From Klebsormidium nitens (lineage: Eukaryota; Plantae; Klebsormidiophyceae): DNA of 64,000 nt. The stretch covers positions 8,213-72,212 of the forward strand of contig DF237315.1 in NCBI GenBank assembly GCA_000708835.1, given 5' to 3'. Positions 40,923 to 52,737 of the stretch are shown piece by piece. The position numbers were made by a program, and so were the translations under genes. The notes below the pieces were generated by a model. That model searched no databases and was not told the DNA's origin. It saw only the letters and a list, made by a program, of their open reading frames with translations. Each line of letters begins with the position of its first letter. Position 1 is the first letter of the stretch.

Positions 40923-42577
40923 TCAACCGCTTGGTCCGGAACTAGGGGGAGTGGAAGCCGGCATCACGCATCGCTCGCTGGCTTCGGCAGTCCCTACTGC
41001 ACGGGACATTTTTTGCTTCTCCTCACGCTCGTGCGTTTCAAAAGCTTCCAAGATTGAGCGCTTGCATTCGGCAGCGGTCATGCTTCCGGTCCCAACAAAT
41101 GCCCCGACAATTTCCAAGAGATCGGCTGGAACATTTGATCTTAGCACCTTCATTATGCTGCCGACGCTATAGCGGTGCGGATACATGAGATCCTCGAACA
41201 CCTTGTAAGAAAGAAGGCGGCCTTTGTCGAGAGGCCAGATTTCTTTGAGCTGCGTAAGCCTCGCCTCAACGGCCATCACCGTTTCTAGCTCTAAGCTGCT
41301 GATGTATCGCTGCCCTTCTTCCCGTGCCAAGCCTTGCTCTCCGGCCATGAAACGGACCATGAAGGCGACCGCTTCCGCTGGCTGGAGCTGCAGACGGTCG
41401 CCGGAATGCGGCACCGCTAGACCGCGGCCGAAATTTGGATGGCCAGCAACCCCAAGCACCAGGTGGCCGGCAAGGCATACGAAGCCGGTAATCAGCAGAA
41501 ACCTCCCCTTCCAAACGAAGCCCTCGACATGAAAGTCGTTCACGACATCTGACGTCATCACGTCGTAGCTCTCTGCAGCGTACGCCCCCGGGAAGACTAT
41601 GCTCGGGAGATGGAACGTCTGGCCACCGCAGTATGGACAGGGGCCGGCGTTTCGTGGGCTTGAAACCTCCGCTTTGGTTTCTTCCCCGCTAGATCCCCTC
41701 TGAGACTTGGCCCCTTCTTTCAACCCACTCTGCGATCCGTCACACGCTTTCCCAGCTACGTTCTCTTGGCTGAACTTGGACGTTGCAGCACTGACACGCA
41801 TAATTTTGTCGGCTTCGACTTCGTTCTTCTCGGTCAGAAACGTAGCAGCCCCGGTAACTTCGGCAAGTCCCGAGCTTCTGAAATTCTTGACGACGCCTCT
41901 GCAGCAGAAGATGGGAGGGGGGTTGTATTGGCGCAACAAGCCGCGCTTGCAGGCGGCATCGAAGTGGCAGCACAGACGCGAAACAACAATCTCATCCTCC
42001 ACGGAAAGGAACAGGGCCTTCTTCGACTCCACCCCCTTGCGATATTCCCTGAGTTCTGACTGTACGTGCCCCCGGCCGTAGGTCCAATCGTACTTTGCTT
42101 TCAGGGTCTCAGACTGCAACACTGGCTCAAAGGTCGGGAAGTGAACCCCCGGGCAGTGGACAAGCAGCTTGAACAGCCCCCTCCATCCCCCTGGTGGATC
42201 ACCCGCCCCCTGGTGGCAGTACCCGAGCTCCTCCACCAACCCCCCCGCGTACATCAGGCACAGCTCCTTCCAGGTGACGTCATCCAGGACCTGACGCCAC
42301 TCTTGCAGAATGCTCCCAAGGGGCCAAGGTCCTTAGGATTGGGCCCTAACTTGGCGAAGATTCGTTGCAGGATGTCTGGGCCTAGATAGGGCAGCGCAGT
42401 GCGCGCATCTGCAACGGTACATACTGCTGCACCAGTGTAGTCAGAAACAGCAGAGAGTGAGCAGGGATTTTGAAGGCTGTTTGGTGTGTTGCATGCTGGA
42501 GGGATCTTTGTAGGCGTTACTAACTTGTAAGTTGTCTGGAGGAGAGACGTTGTCACCATATTCAGAGAAGTGTCCAT
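40923..42577 (-). pseudogene. EID1/EDL-like F-box, copy 2; 1-nt deletion within the F-box (~42301)
   Basis: ORF 42577-42254 carries LPYLGPDILQRIF and then leaves frame at tgc aag ag tgg (copy 1 reads tgc aag gag tgg). The rest continues in ORF 42254-40923 with GGWRGLFKLLVHCPG, CPYCGG and FVCLAGH. Confidence 0.75.
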
Positions 42578-42794
42578 TTAGAAGGCTTATCTGCAGACTG
42601 CATCCACTACCATTGAAGGTCCATTAGTTGGCAGGCTAGCCCTTTGGCGCGTCTCTATCGTCTCTGGGAAAAGTCTCCGCCGATGCACGCCGTGAGCACG
42701 CCCCAGGGGTATTCTGCTCCGCCCTGACCATTCGACTTAGTAAGCTAGTTAGTTCAAGCTTGTGAGCTACCGGCCAGCTAGTCCGACGCGCGGC

Positions 42795-42903
42795 GCGCAG
42801 TCACGCGGCCGCCCCCGGTCCGGCGCGAGGTTTGCAAGATCGGATGGTCAGGGTTTACACTTCTGAACGCATGCGGCCGCGGAACAGGCACAGCCGACGT
42901 TTT
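42795..42903. promoter_or_regulatory. Conserved block in putative bidirectional promoter, unit 2
   Basis: Aligns by eye with 37801-37890 while the surrounding non-coding DNA is diverged. Confidence 0.5.
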
Positions 42904-43087
42904 GGAGAATGAAACAGGACGGTACGTCACGTTTCGATCCCTCTCCAACGCCCTGGACGTCCCTGCTCATTACTGTAAAACTTAGACTTGAACTTCGCAG
43001 GTGGGCGCTTCTCAGACACGCACCATTTAAGGGTCTCTTTTAAGTGCAGGCGTGTTCCTCGTTTCAGCCTGCTCTTTGCGCCCTTCC

Positions 43088-44443
43088 ATGGCGGGTAGTC
43101 ATGTAAGGCGAAAGCGCCGCCAGAGGGCGGCGGCTGAGAGCGCCGCAGCTGATCAACTTGGTGGCGACAGCATCTTTGATACACTTCTGCCGGAGCTTCT
43201 GGACTGCATATTGCGCCGCGCGGCGGGGCAGAGCTCGTTGGCCTGGAAACGCATATCCTTGGTTAACAGGGCCTTCCAAGAGTCTCTTATGCGCTCCTCA
43301 GAAACGTTGGTGATCCGCCGAGGGGGCCCGCTGACTAAGGGCCCGCTGAAGCTGCGACCGCTGCAGGGCGCTGATGCATGCGCTGCTCTTTCAAAGGAGA
43401 TTGACGCAAGGCCGAGGGTTTCGAAGCTGGTCTTGAAGGCGGACGCCAAGACTGTTGCCGCTCATTCGCCCGCCATCTTAGAGTTTGGACCCCGGTGGAT
43501 CTCGGTGGAGGTGGACGTTCCTGAGCCGCACTTCACGGGTGTCATGGAGCTTCTTCCGAACCTGGAGAGCTCCATGAGACGACTGACCATCAGGGTTCGA
43601 CAAAAGGTCACCGGTTACATGTATCAGGGCGGCAAGAGCATCGCACACCTGGACATAGGCGTCGTCGTGCGAGCTTTTCCGGACCTCAAGAGACTCAACA
43701 TCAAAGGAGCATACCTTCTCCAAGTTCCAGCCAGCAAGAACGATGCATTAAACGCTGAGGACTCATTGAGCTGTAAACACAGTAGCCTCAGCATCCGCGA
43801 GCCAGGAGTTTGGGATTTGCAGCAGGGTTTGTCCTACCTACCAGCTTGCCTAACCAGCCTCCGCTCCTTGCGGTTGCAATGCGCGGACGCATTTCCTTTG
43901 CACGGGGTTCGAGCTCAGCATATCTCTTTTGCGCCCCTCATGCAATTGCAGACACTGCGGCTCGATGTGCGTCACAATATGACGCTCTCCAGTTCTCTGT
44001 TGGAGGAGGTCGCAGAGCAGTGCGTTTGCCTGCGGCAGCTTCTAGTTTTCGTCAGCCCGTGTGCCTCCTACGCTTCGAGGCCCTCTGCGAAACTTCCCAA
44101 CTTTGCAGAGAAGTGCCCAGACCTAGAGCGCCTTGTAATCAGTCAAGGCGGGACGGTTGCCAGCCCTGGGTTTGTGGAGCTGTTCCGCGAACACGGCCTA
44201 GCTGTGCCTTCGAAGTATTCGAGCACGCAGCGAGACACCAAGATTGTAATCCTTGAAGACGGAGACACCGAACACGCGGGACGCTGCGGCAAGCGATGCT
44301 CCGTGGCTATTTTCACTTGCATCATCTCAATCTGGGCAGACCCGGTCGATATCAACGATCCTGCGACCCGCAAGCGCGCTGTCGGGAAGCCCGCAACGGT
44401 TAAGAAGTGGTGTGACGCGTTCTGTGAGACAGAAGGCCCTTAA
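43088..44443 (+). CDS. Intronless F-box / LRR protein with C-terminal BRCT-like segment, copy B
   Basis: ATG at 43088; clear paralogue of 37974-39320 (PELLDCILRRAA, LTKGPLKLRPLQGA, EPGVWDLQQ, LPNFAEKCP.LERLV.SQGG, RKRAVGKP..V.KWCDAF). Confidence 0.8.
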   Translation: MAGSHVRRKRRQRAAAESAAADQLGGDSIFDTLLPELLDCILRRAAGQSSLAWKRISLVNRAFQESLMRSSETLVIRRGGPLTKGPLKLRPLQGADACAALSKEIDARPRVSKLVLKADAKTVAAHSPAILEFGPRWISVEVDVPEPHFTGVMELLPNLESSMRRLTIRVRQKVTGYMYQGGKSIAHLDIGVVVRAFPDLKRLNIKGAYLLQVPASKNDALNAEDSLSCKHSSLSIREPGVWDLQQGLSYLPACLTSLRSLRLQCADAFPLHGVRAQHISFAPLMQLQTLRLDVRHNMTLSSSLLEEVAEQCVCLRQLLVFVSPCASYASRPSAKLPNFAEKCPDLERLVISQGGTVASPGFVELFREHGLAVPSKYSSTQRDTKIVILEDGDTEHAGRCGKRCSVAIFTCIISIWADPVDINDPATRKRAVGKPATVKKWCDAFCETEGP

Positions 44444-45689
44444 GAATCATTGATAGGATGGAAGAGTAGTGCACGGTGGTGGAACAATCTGCCTTGGTGG
44501 CGCTTAAGACGGGTATCTTGGCTCGAAATGTGTATGCTTGTTTCCTCGGATTAAGGTGCTGAAGATTCCGGTGTGCTTTTTGTAGCAAGGATTGTACAAG
44601 ATAGTTGGCACTAACTGCTACCATTTTCTGAAGAGAGCCTGCACTTGTGCTTCACATCGAAGCCTCAGATGCCCTGCATCACGTACTAAGATCGATTATA
44701 TGCTCTATAGTTCTTCATGGATCTGGATATTATTGAGTTTCACATTGCCATGCACCGATGTGACTTGAAGCATGTCAGCTCTATGCAGCTATGCAGAGCG
44801 CGTTGAGCAGAACATCGATACAAATATGAACACGCGGTATGCATGGTTTTGAACCTGGCAGGTTTATCGATATTGCGCATATAATGGCTTCGCAAAGGAA
44901 TGAGGGCGGTACGCAAATTGACCGCGCTGACTATGCGCCTATGATTCCGTGCAAAGTCGATTAGATATCAATGAAACTTTTTCATGCCGCTTCCCAGAAA
45001 ATTGCGCGGTGGCTCATGGTCAATCTCTGCCTGCATCATGACTTCAAGCTGGATGTAACTTGAGATGCTCGAGAACTGAAGTTATGATTGGATGGAGCAT
45101 TATATAAGAATTATGATGCATAAAATTGAGTGACCGTAATTGGCCGTACTTCTTGCATGAGGAAGTACGGCCTCTGTACTGCACGTCGACAAAACGTGTA
45201 CGGAATCAATCAAAACACTGCATTAAAAGTACGTGCCATGCACCTTACATGGGATGGAATGCAAGCTGTTGCGGATGCACCTTCCCGTATAGGACAGGAC
45301 AGGACTCAGAATGCATCCAAAACGACGGCCAGTCCAAATTCCATGCATCGGTATTGTCAGGTAGACAACCCTATAGTGCGTTGTTGTACGTCTTGATGCA
45401 TGTCATCAGCAGGTTCCAGTTGAATCATCAGGACATCGCGGCATGATCTCAGAAATGACTTCTTTTATTCGTTCGATCATGTCTCCCTGAATCCTTATTG
45501 TATGCTGTTCAACCCTTGAACCGAACACTTTCGCGTGTTTCTCGAGGCAGCTCTGTCTCTCAGGACAAGTAACAACAGAGCTTCTCAGCTTGTTTGCCTT
45601 GGCGCCCTTGCGAGCCCGTGTCCTTCGCCGCCGCTACGAGAACAACCATTGGTATGCACCAGTTTCGACGATCACCAGCGGACTGCATT

Positions 45690-48600
45690 CTACTTCTTCC
45701 CTGACAACAGGTTGTCCAATCCGAGCATGTTCTTGACTTTGTCGATTCCTTTTTGCATCGACTCCATCCCCCACGACTCGCGCTCCACGTTGCCGAGGTC
45801 CGTCTGCGCCGTCTGCTTGTAGCTGGCACCCCCGCCGCTGCCCCCCTGGCCTGTGGCGTCATCGAGACCGCCTTCGCCCTTGGGACCTGCAAACAACGAT
45901 AAAAAGGTTCAGACTTCGTCCCAAAAAAGGACTGCGATGAACACAGGCGCAGACTTGCAGTGCAGTCTCTCACGTTCGTGGTCGTCATTGGAAGGCCCGA
46001 CAGCAGTCCCACCGGCCGACTCTTTTAAAAGCAAACGCTGATATACGTGGAGACAACTTGGACACCCGCCAATTGCCACAACTACCCTCGTCCAAACGCC
46101 CCAAGTACTAGCCCTCAAAAGCCCTTCGCTTAGTTTGGTTCGATCAACGGCTGGCGAGAAACCTGGAAAGCCCGCTGTAAGACCCGTTCTTCATCCGTCC
46201 TTTTGAACGGCTGGTCTTCCGTAGCCGGTCACTGTACTTGAGAATCTTCGAAGAGAACCTCTTACGTCTCGACAACCCGTACATCGAATGATTTCTTGAG
46301 AGAACAATGATTGACTTGATTTCTTCTCGGATGAAAGTCTGAATAGATTCAAAATCAACGAGGGCCAACCTTTGCTTTCCATATGGCGACGAAAGGACGC
46401 CCCGAAGCCAGAAAGCCATCCTCGAGAAAGCAGGAGCGGAAAAGAACCCCAGATGACCACCCAGAAACAACAGCAATCCGTTTATAGGAACTCACCAATA
46501 GGGTTCATCATGTGCCCCAGCTGTCCATTGACCCACTCGTACGCCGCTAGCGCGACAGGACCCTTTAGGAGCGGCCGTACCTGCACAACGAGCACGTCGG
46601 CAATTCATTACAGCTACGCTTTGCACCAACACTCCGTGTGTCTCAATTTGGGCCCCGTCGGAGCTGATTCGACTTGTGTTACAGAGGGTGGACGGCGCAA
46701 GCGGCACCTTCAACAATAGAGAAAACTGCGTGGACGAAGGCAGGTCCTCCGACCGTTCGGGGGGGAATCATTCATGCTGAACAAGATTCTTTGGCGGAGT
46801 CCTTCAAACGATTGTTGTCAGCTGATGCATAAATTAATGTGACATGTAATGCAGACCCGAAGTAAGAGTCCACATCCTTCTCACATCGAGTCTTATCAAG
46901 ACGGACAGGGCTGCGATGAGGAAGGGCACAAACACAATGCTGTTGTCAGACTGATCAGAAGTATTGTCCTTTTCCTGAGTGACCATGCAGTCAAGAGCAA
47001 CCGAAGGGCTTGAGGCGTGTTTCTCAATCCGCCTGGAACTCTTGACAGAGAATCCATGCTTATTACTGACAGCATCGACCACAATCTGAAAAGCGCAAAG
47101 AGGTCGTCCAACACAATCATGCTCCTTTCGAAACCCCCAACTTGACTGACTTTCCGCGTATTCATTCCATCAAACTGGCAGTACAAACCAAGGCCCAAAC
47201 ATGCTCAATACGACCCCTACCCTTCCATGCCCTGTTCCTTCTGGCTCTGAGAGGAAGAGCACAAGCCTGGTTGACTTCATCAAGTTGACAGGCAGCCAGA
47301 CGAGGTGGGGGCTATCTCAAACATGAGACAACAGGCAATCCCACGGTAAAGAAAGACAAGCAACTCAAACAAAACTCAAGCAAATCGTTCTTCTTAGAGC
47401 AGGATTGCTACCAGAACATCCTGTTTGAAGTTCCGACTCTGTTCACTGGACTTTTTGAGTTGACTAGTTAACTCCTTCAAAAACTTGAAAGCGGTTCAGA
47501 TCGAGATCGAATCGTCGTTGACCCTTGACAAAGGCCCTAAAAGCAGTTCAGGAACCCTGAACTGACTCCTCACCTCTTCCAGAAACTTGGTGTACTCTGG
47601 CCCCGCATACACATCGTTCATCTCCACAAAGCCGTCGTACCGCTGCCAAAAGTGGTAGACGCTTGGCTCATATGCGTCCTGGCTGCACTCGAACGCGCGC
47701 ACCGGCGACTTGGAGTCTGCTACCTGGAGGGGGGGGAGAAAACGAGAAGTAATCTTAACACGGGCAATAAGAAAGACGTTTCACAAAGAGTCATCAGGAC
47801 AGCTGGGCCTGGCACTCAGCCATATGATGCAACCAATCGATAGCCCCCGTTTGATGAGCTGTAATGCAGCCTGTACTCGCGTGACTGGAAAAAGAGACTG
47901 CGATGAGGGATAGATGCTGAAGGTTTTAAGATGCGTGCGCAATTCATTTAGAGGAGGTTGTACAGCTCGTGTTCTAAGTATGTCATTATAAAAATGGTCA
48001 CTAGAGGCGCCAGTACAATTATGGTATCTTACACCAGAAGCACTTGCACAATCCACCCGGCTACTGAAAAGGAGAGCTTTGGTCAATGATGGTGTGAGGC
48101 TGCTAGACCAGAGGACTTGCTGCTTCCATAGGGGCCCCCAAAAAGGGGGCTGACTAAATGAGTAGAACAAGGAGGTATGCGAGTCAGTCAGTCCCAGGGA
48201 CTGACATAATCCAGTCACGTCTGAGGTTTTTGTGAGTACTGCTGACAGAGAGTCTTACAATTCGTCTCAGAAAACTGGAGAAAGTGGACGAGTCTGCGGG
48301 TACAGTAAAGTAGAGATTAATAGCAGGTTACGAAGGTATTAGTCAATAAACAACGCAGAGACGCGAAATGCTAAGATGATCCAAGAATTTTAAGGGGCTG
48401 GGTAAGTTGGATGCAAATATTGTGCTTCCGAAGTTAGGGGCTCTCTCTCCCATGATGGAAGAGGAGGAAGGAGGGCAGTATTGAAAATTGATTGGACATT
48501 AGCAAACCCTAATATGGCATTCTCCTAGGTGGTGGATATTCACCGGTGGTATTCTCATAATTGACCGAAGAACCTTCCTTGCACTGCTTGACTTCCGATA

Positions 48601-49571
48601 AACAAAGTGAAGGGGCATCATAAATGGATTCATATAACTGGACTTGATGCATCGTCTCCGGCACCAGACATGAATGTTGACTATCTCCGATTAACACGAA
48701 CCGACAAAACTTGGGTAGCAATAGAGCATCCCCATGGGCCGCACCTTGATTGATGAAAAGGAACCGGCTTGAATGCTCTCACTAACAAAGGTTCAAAATA
48801 ATGTCAGACTGATTTTGAGCTGCAGTCAGAAGCTTCTTGTCAGCGGTGATTGAAGTGAAGCAAGTCACAGATCCTAGTGCTTTTGTCAGTGCTGCTTCTG
48901 TCAGAGAGAGCAACTACAGTATCAGGGTCCTCCCTCGGGTACTTTCACAACGAAAGAAACGCAATGTTCATCAGAATCATATCCAAGTCTTCCCTTTTCA
49001 GAAAGAGGCCGTCGTGCTTCTGGAATCACTCAAATAAAGGATGGAAACCAGTTGCAAATGTGTCCAAGGAGTCCTTTGACAAACATGTGTATACCGAGCA
49101 GTTGGACAACACAGTCCGCAAATGAAAGCTTTGGATTTCTTTGTGCAATTGGCAGCCCTACACTGTCACGAAGACAAAAGCAAAAAGTGCACCACCCACC
49201 ATCGGCCGGAAGTGCTCCACGATACCCCGGCACAACGCTTGCACCTTTTCCTCCTTGCCCTCCTCCGCAGCCAACGTCACTGTAAGCACCAGGCTCCGCT
49301 CTTTGTCCTTCCTCTTCGCCGCCTTGACCTCCAAACCCCGTCTTAACCTGTTCACTTCCCTCCTTGCGCTTGTGGCCGGCATTGCTATCCTTCTCCCCAC
49401 ATATGAGCTGCTGTACTGTGAAAGATGAGCCTCTGCAACGGCTTGCCTGCTACATCTCCTGCCAGGCAGCAGTGCCTGACTTCTACAATTCAGTGAAGGA
49501 GTAGAGGGAGTGGCATTCTTGAGCAACGAGGCTTGCCCTGCATTCTGCACTAGACTTTGGCAGGTGGCCAT
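45690..49571 (-). CDS. Probable plastid-targeted protein with ABM (dimeric alpha-beta barrel) domain, 4 exons
   Basis: Exons 49571-49200, 47723-47574, 46580-46496, 45886-45690 splice in frame with GT-AG. Ser/Ala/Arg-rich transit-peptide-like N-terminus ending VKAAK. ABM-like LVLTVTLAAEEGKEEKV...FECSQDAYEPSVYHFWQRY...YAGPEYTKF. Gly-rich C-terminus GPKGEGGLDDATGQGGSGGGASYKQT. Confidence 0.8.
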
Positions 49572-50164
49572 GATTTCTGGCCCTGCTGATGGCAGAAATT
49601 GAGATTGTTAGTTTGCTGCGATTTGCGTGGGGTTTGCGTGCCGCTTTTCCAGGAGAAGAGAGATAATGGGTAATAGAATGATAGAAGCAGAATGTGCCAG
49701 AGACCCAAACCTGTCGGGAACGATTCCGCCGGGCAATCAAGATACAAGGTGGGCTTCTTCCAGGAAAGATACAACTTGGCCGAATGCAGACAAAGCGCAC
49801 CTCTCTCGCTAATTGGAAGCTTGTCGCTTCTTGTATGTAATACCGGCCTAGCACATACGGTATCTCCTCGCCCTTCTCCCTCAGCTCTTCAGTGACTCTG
49901 AGAGAGGCAACTTGTCAAAGTCCAGATATCCAAATCTTGAAGCTTGCAAAATCTTGCACCAGCCAATCAGCTTGCAGCATTTCGAAGCCTTTCGGACAGA
50001 TTCAACCCTTTATGACGATATTTTGAGCTTGTTAGCGTCCGAAACCGAGCGCTTTTGTCCGCAGGCTGGCAGTAGTAGGTATTACAGGTAGGTAGACCGT
50101 GACGTGCTAGCCATGTGCGAGGAGCCAGAGGAGAGTGCTCAGAACTTCCAAGTTTCTGCAAGCA

Positions 50165-52737
50165 ATGCAGTCTGCAGAGCGCACGAGGGTGTTTTCAACA
50201 AGCCTTTTAGTTCGAAGGTCGCGCACCGAAACCCTTCAGAAGGAAGCAGATCGACATGTGGTCGCGCCAATGGCGAGGACCAAGCAGACGGCCAGGAAGT
50301 GCAGTGGTGGCGGAAGCAGGTTCCGAAGATCGCCACCTCCCCTTGTGGCCAGTGACTCACGTCCAACGGGCAAGGCGTACTTAGAAGTGCTCAGGCAGCT
50401 CGAGCAGTCTCAGAGTCCCGTGTCCTCCGAGCACGTGACTGGTGTGGTTGCTGGAGTGATCGAGCAGAGCGTTTCGGACGCCCGCACCGCTCTGCCTGAT
50501 CTGGGCCCCGACCTCCTCCAGCGCATCTTTGCAAAAGTGGGGCCGCATCCAAAGGACTTGGTTCCCCTTGGAGCCGTAAGCAAGGAGTGGCGTCAGGTTC
50601 TGAATGAAAGCACGTGGAAGGAGCTGTGCTTGGAGCATGCGGGGGGTTTGATCGAGGAGCTCGGGTATAGCAACAAGGCGGACGGGCCCCTGGGAGGATG
50701 GGCTGGGTTATACAAAGTCTTAGTGTATTGTCCAGGGTGTCACCTCCCAACATTTGAGCCTGTACTGCAAGCGGAAGCTTTGCGTGAGGACTACAACTGG
50801 ACGCATGGCCGGGGCCATGTGGAAGCAGCTCCAAAGGGGTTTTGCAAGGGAAAGGAAGCGAAAGAGGCTCTGTATCTAGCAACCTCAGATGAGGTGGTCA
50901 TCTCGCGCCTCTGCTCTCATAGACAGGCGGTTGAGATGTGCGATGCAGATGAGGCTTCGGCTCCTCCGATCCTGGCTTGCAGGGGCTTCGTCAAGTCCTT
51001 TGAGAGCTCAAAGCTTGCCCAAATGAGCGGGGCCGCTGCATTCTTGAGCAAGAGCATTGAGGCAGCGGGGGCGGCAAGCGGACCCGCAGAGTCTCCTCGC
51101 AAAGGAAGTGACCTGGAAGGAGCTGCGATCACTTCTAATGTTGAAGGAATGGTAGATAAGGAGGATCTGGATGAGGAAGACTCAAATGCTTTCGACATAG
51201 ATGACTCTGAAGAGTACTCCTTTGGGGACGAGGATGAAGGTAGAAGCGAAGGGGAAGCCAGCTCTGACTTGGAGGAAGCCAAGGAACTAGGGCCGCCATG
51301 TCTTTACTGCAGCAGCCCAATCTTCGCCCTGCCTCGCAAAGCCTTCGATCCTCTTTCGCATGTAGACTACGACGAGCTGCTATCAGAGTCTTTCTGTGAT
51401 GCTTACGACAGGCATGAAGACGGCGATGATTCGGAAGAGGACGAGCGCGATGACACAAAGTTTGTGCTAGCGTCGGGGTTTGTGTGCCTCAGCGGCCACA
51501 TTGTTCTTGGGATGGCTGGATATCCCAAGTTGGTTGCACTTGGAGTGCCGCACTCTGGAGAAGCTCTGAAGCTTCCGCGTCCGCAAGCAATTGAGTTCCT
51601 GCTCAAGTTTTTGGTCGGGAAGCGAGGTTGGGACCACAGGGAGGGGCACCAGTTCATTCAGGGCCTTGGGCTAGATCAGCTGATCCAAATTGATGCCAGG
51701 CTCATGCAAAAGAGGAGGTCTGGCCTGTTGAGGAACGTGGAAAGTCGGACGATTACAGGACTTTCGGTTTTCTCTATAGAGGGCCGGAGTCTCCCGTGGG
51801 CATCGTTGACGTGCTAGAAGCAAAAGTGCCAGCGAGCCTCTTGGAAGTTGTGCAAGACTTTGTCCTGACGGGGAGTCCCGGCTTTGTCGAGTGCGAGCGG
51901 TCCATTTTCGACGCGTTTGAGGCTGTAGACCGGAAAGAGGAAGAGGCGATGGCGTGTAGAAACAGAAGACAGGTGGTGGATGAGGCGTTACGCGGGGCAG
52001 GTGTAGGGTACCCCTTATGGCAGAATCTTCCCAAAGACCTGTCAAACACTCTGAAGGCTCATGTTGAAACAGGGAACCCAAGCCTTGCCGAGTGCAACAG
52101 TCTAATCCTGGAAGAGCGCGAGACGATCAAGCAAGAAGAGGAGCGGACCAGAGCTTTGGAACTCAGGATGAAAACAATCTCTGAGGCGTTGCGGCAAGCA
52201 GGCTTCGACTCCCAGTACCACCTGGTCCCACACCAGCAGTCGCTGAGGGCGTACATAGACGTGAGTCTCACTGCTTTTGTCAATTCACTCAACAAATGAT
52301 TGTATATACCGAAGAGAGACCCGTGCTATTACCTCTGCTGATTGCAGCTTGCTTAGTTTGCATTCGCCTCCAAGCTGTTCTGCACGAATCTGAGCATCAA
52401 GAGCAGCTGCTGCATGTCTTCTCCAAATCTTGTGGTGCCTTGGTTGAGGCAAGGAGTTGGATGGTTTCAATTTGCTGTTTTCATTCATGCCCTAATGATA
52501 CGCAATTGATGGTTGACTTTGACGTGCACTCCTTTTCAGGACCCGGGTTCGATTACTGTGGAGGAGGTCGTTGCGCAGCAAAGAGACGTGCGAGTGCAAA
52601 GCGGCAACTGTATTGGGGTCACAGACGGCAGACTTTGTGGAAACAAGGCGGCTCTTGCCTGCTCTAACAAACGTTGCGGGAACTGCTGCCGCAAACTTGT
52701 AGAACCCTGCCGTACGGCAAAGCATAGGAAGTCCTAG
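50165..52737 (+). CDS. EID1/EDL-like F-box, copy 3, with histone-H3-like N-terminal motif, acidic insert and SHI-like zinc-finger terminal exon; frameshift at ~51710
   Basis: In-frame ATGs at 50165 and 50270. F-box LPDLGPDLLQRIF; GGWAGLYKVLVYCPG; FVCLSGH. After 51710 homology continues in the +1 frame (EVWPVEE...GIVDVL) to donor GAC|gtgagt at 52260. Terminal exon 52540-52737. Confidence 0.75.

Noticed and set aside
47781-48721. LINE endonuclease-like words (LIGDSQ, SSDH) in ABM intron 1
   Set aside because: Only short motifs in separate broken frames, and no RT motifs; compatible with chance.
51700-51720. Programmed ribosomal frameshift in EDL copy 3
   Set aside because: No canonical slippery heptamer, and paralogues are in frame here, so an ordinary indel or sequencing error is more likely.
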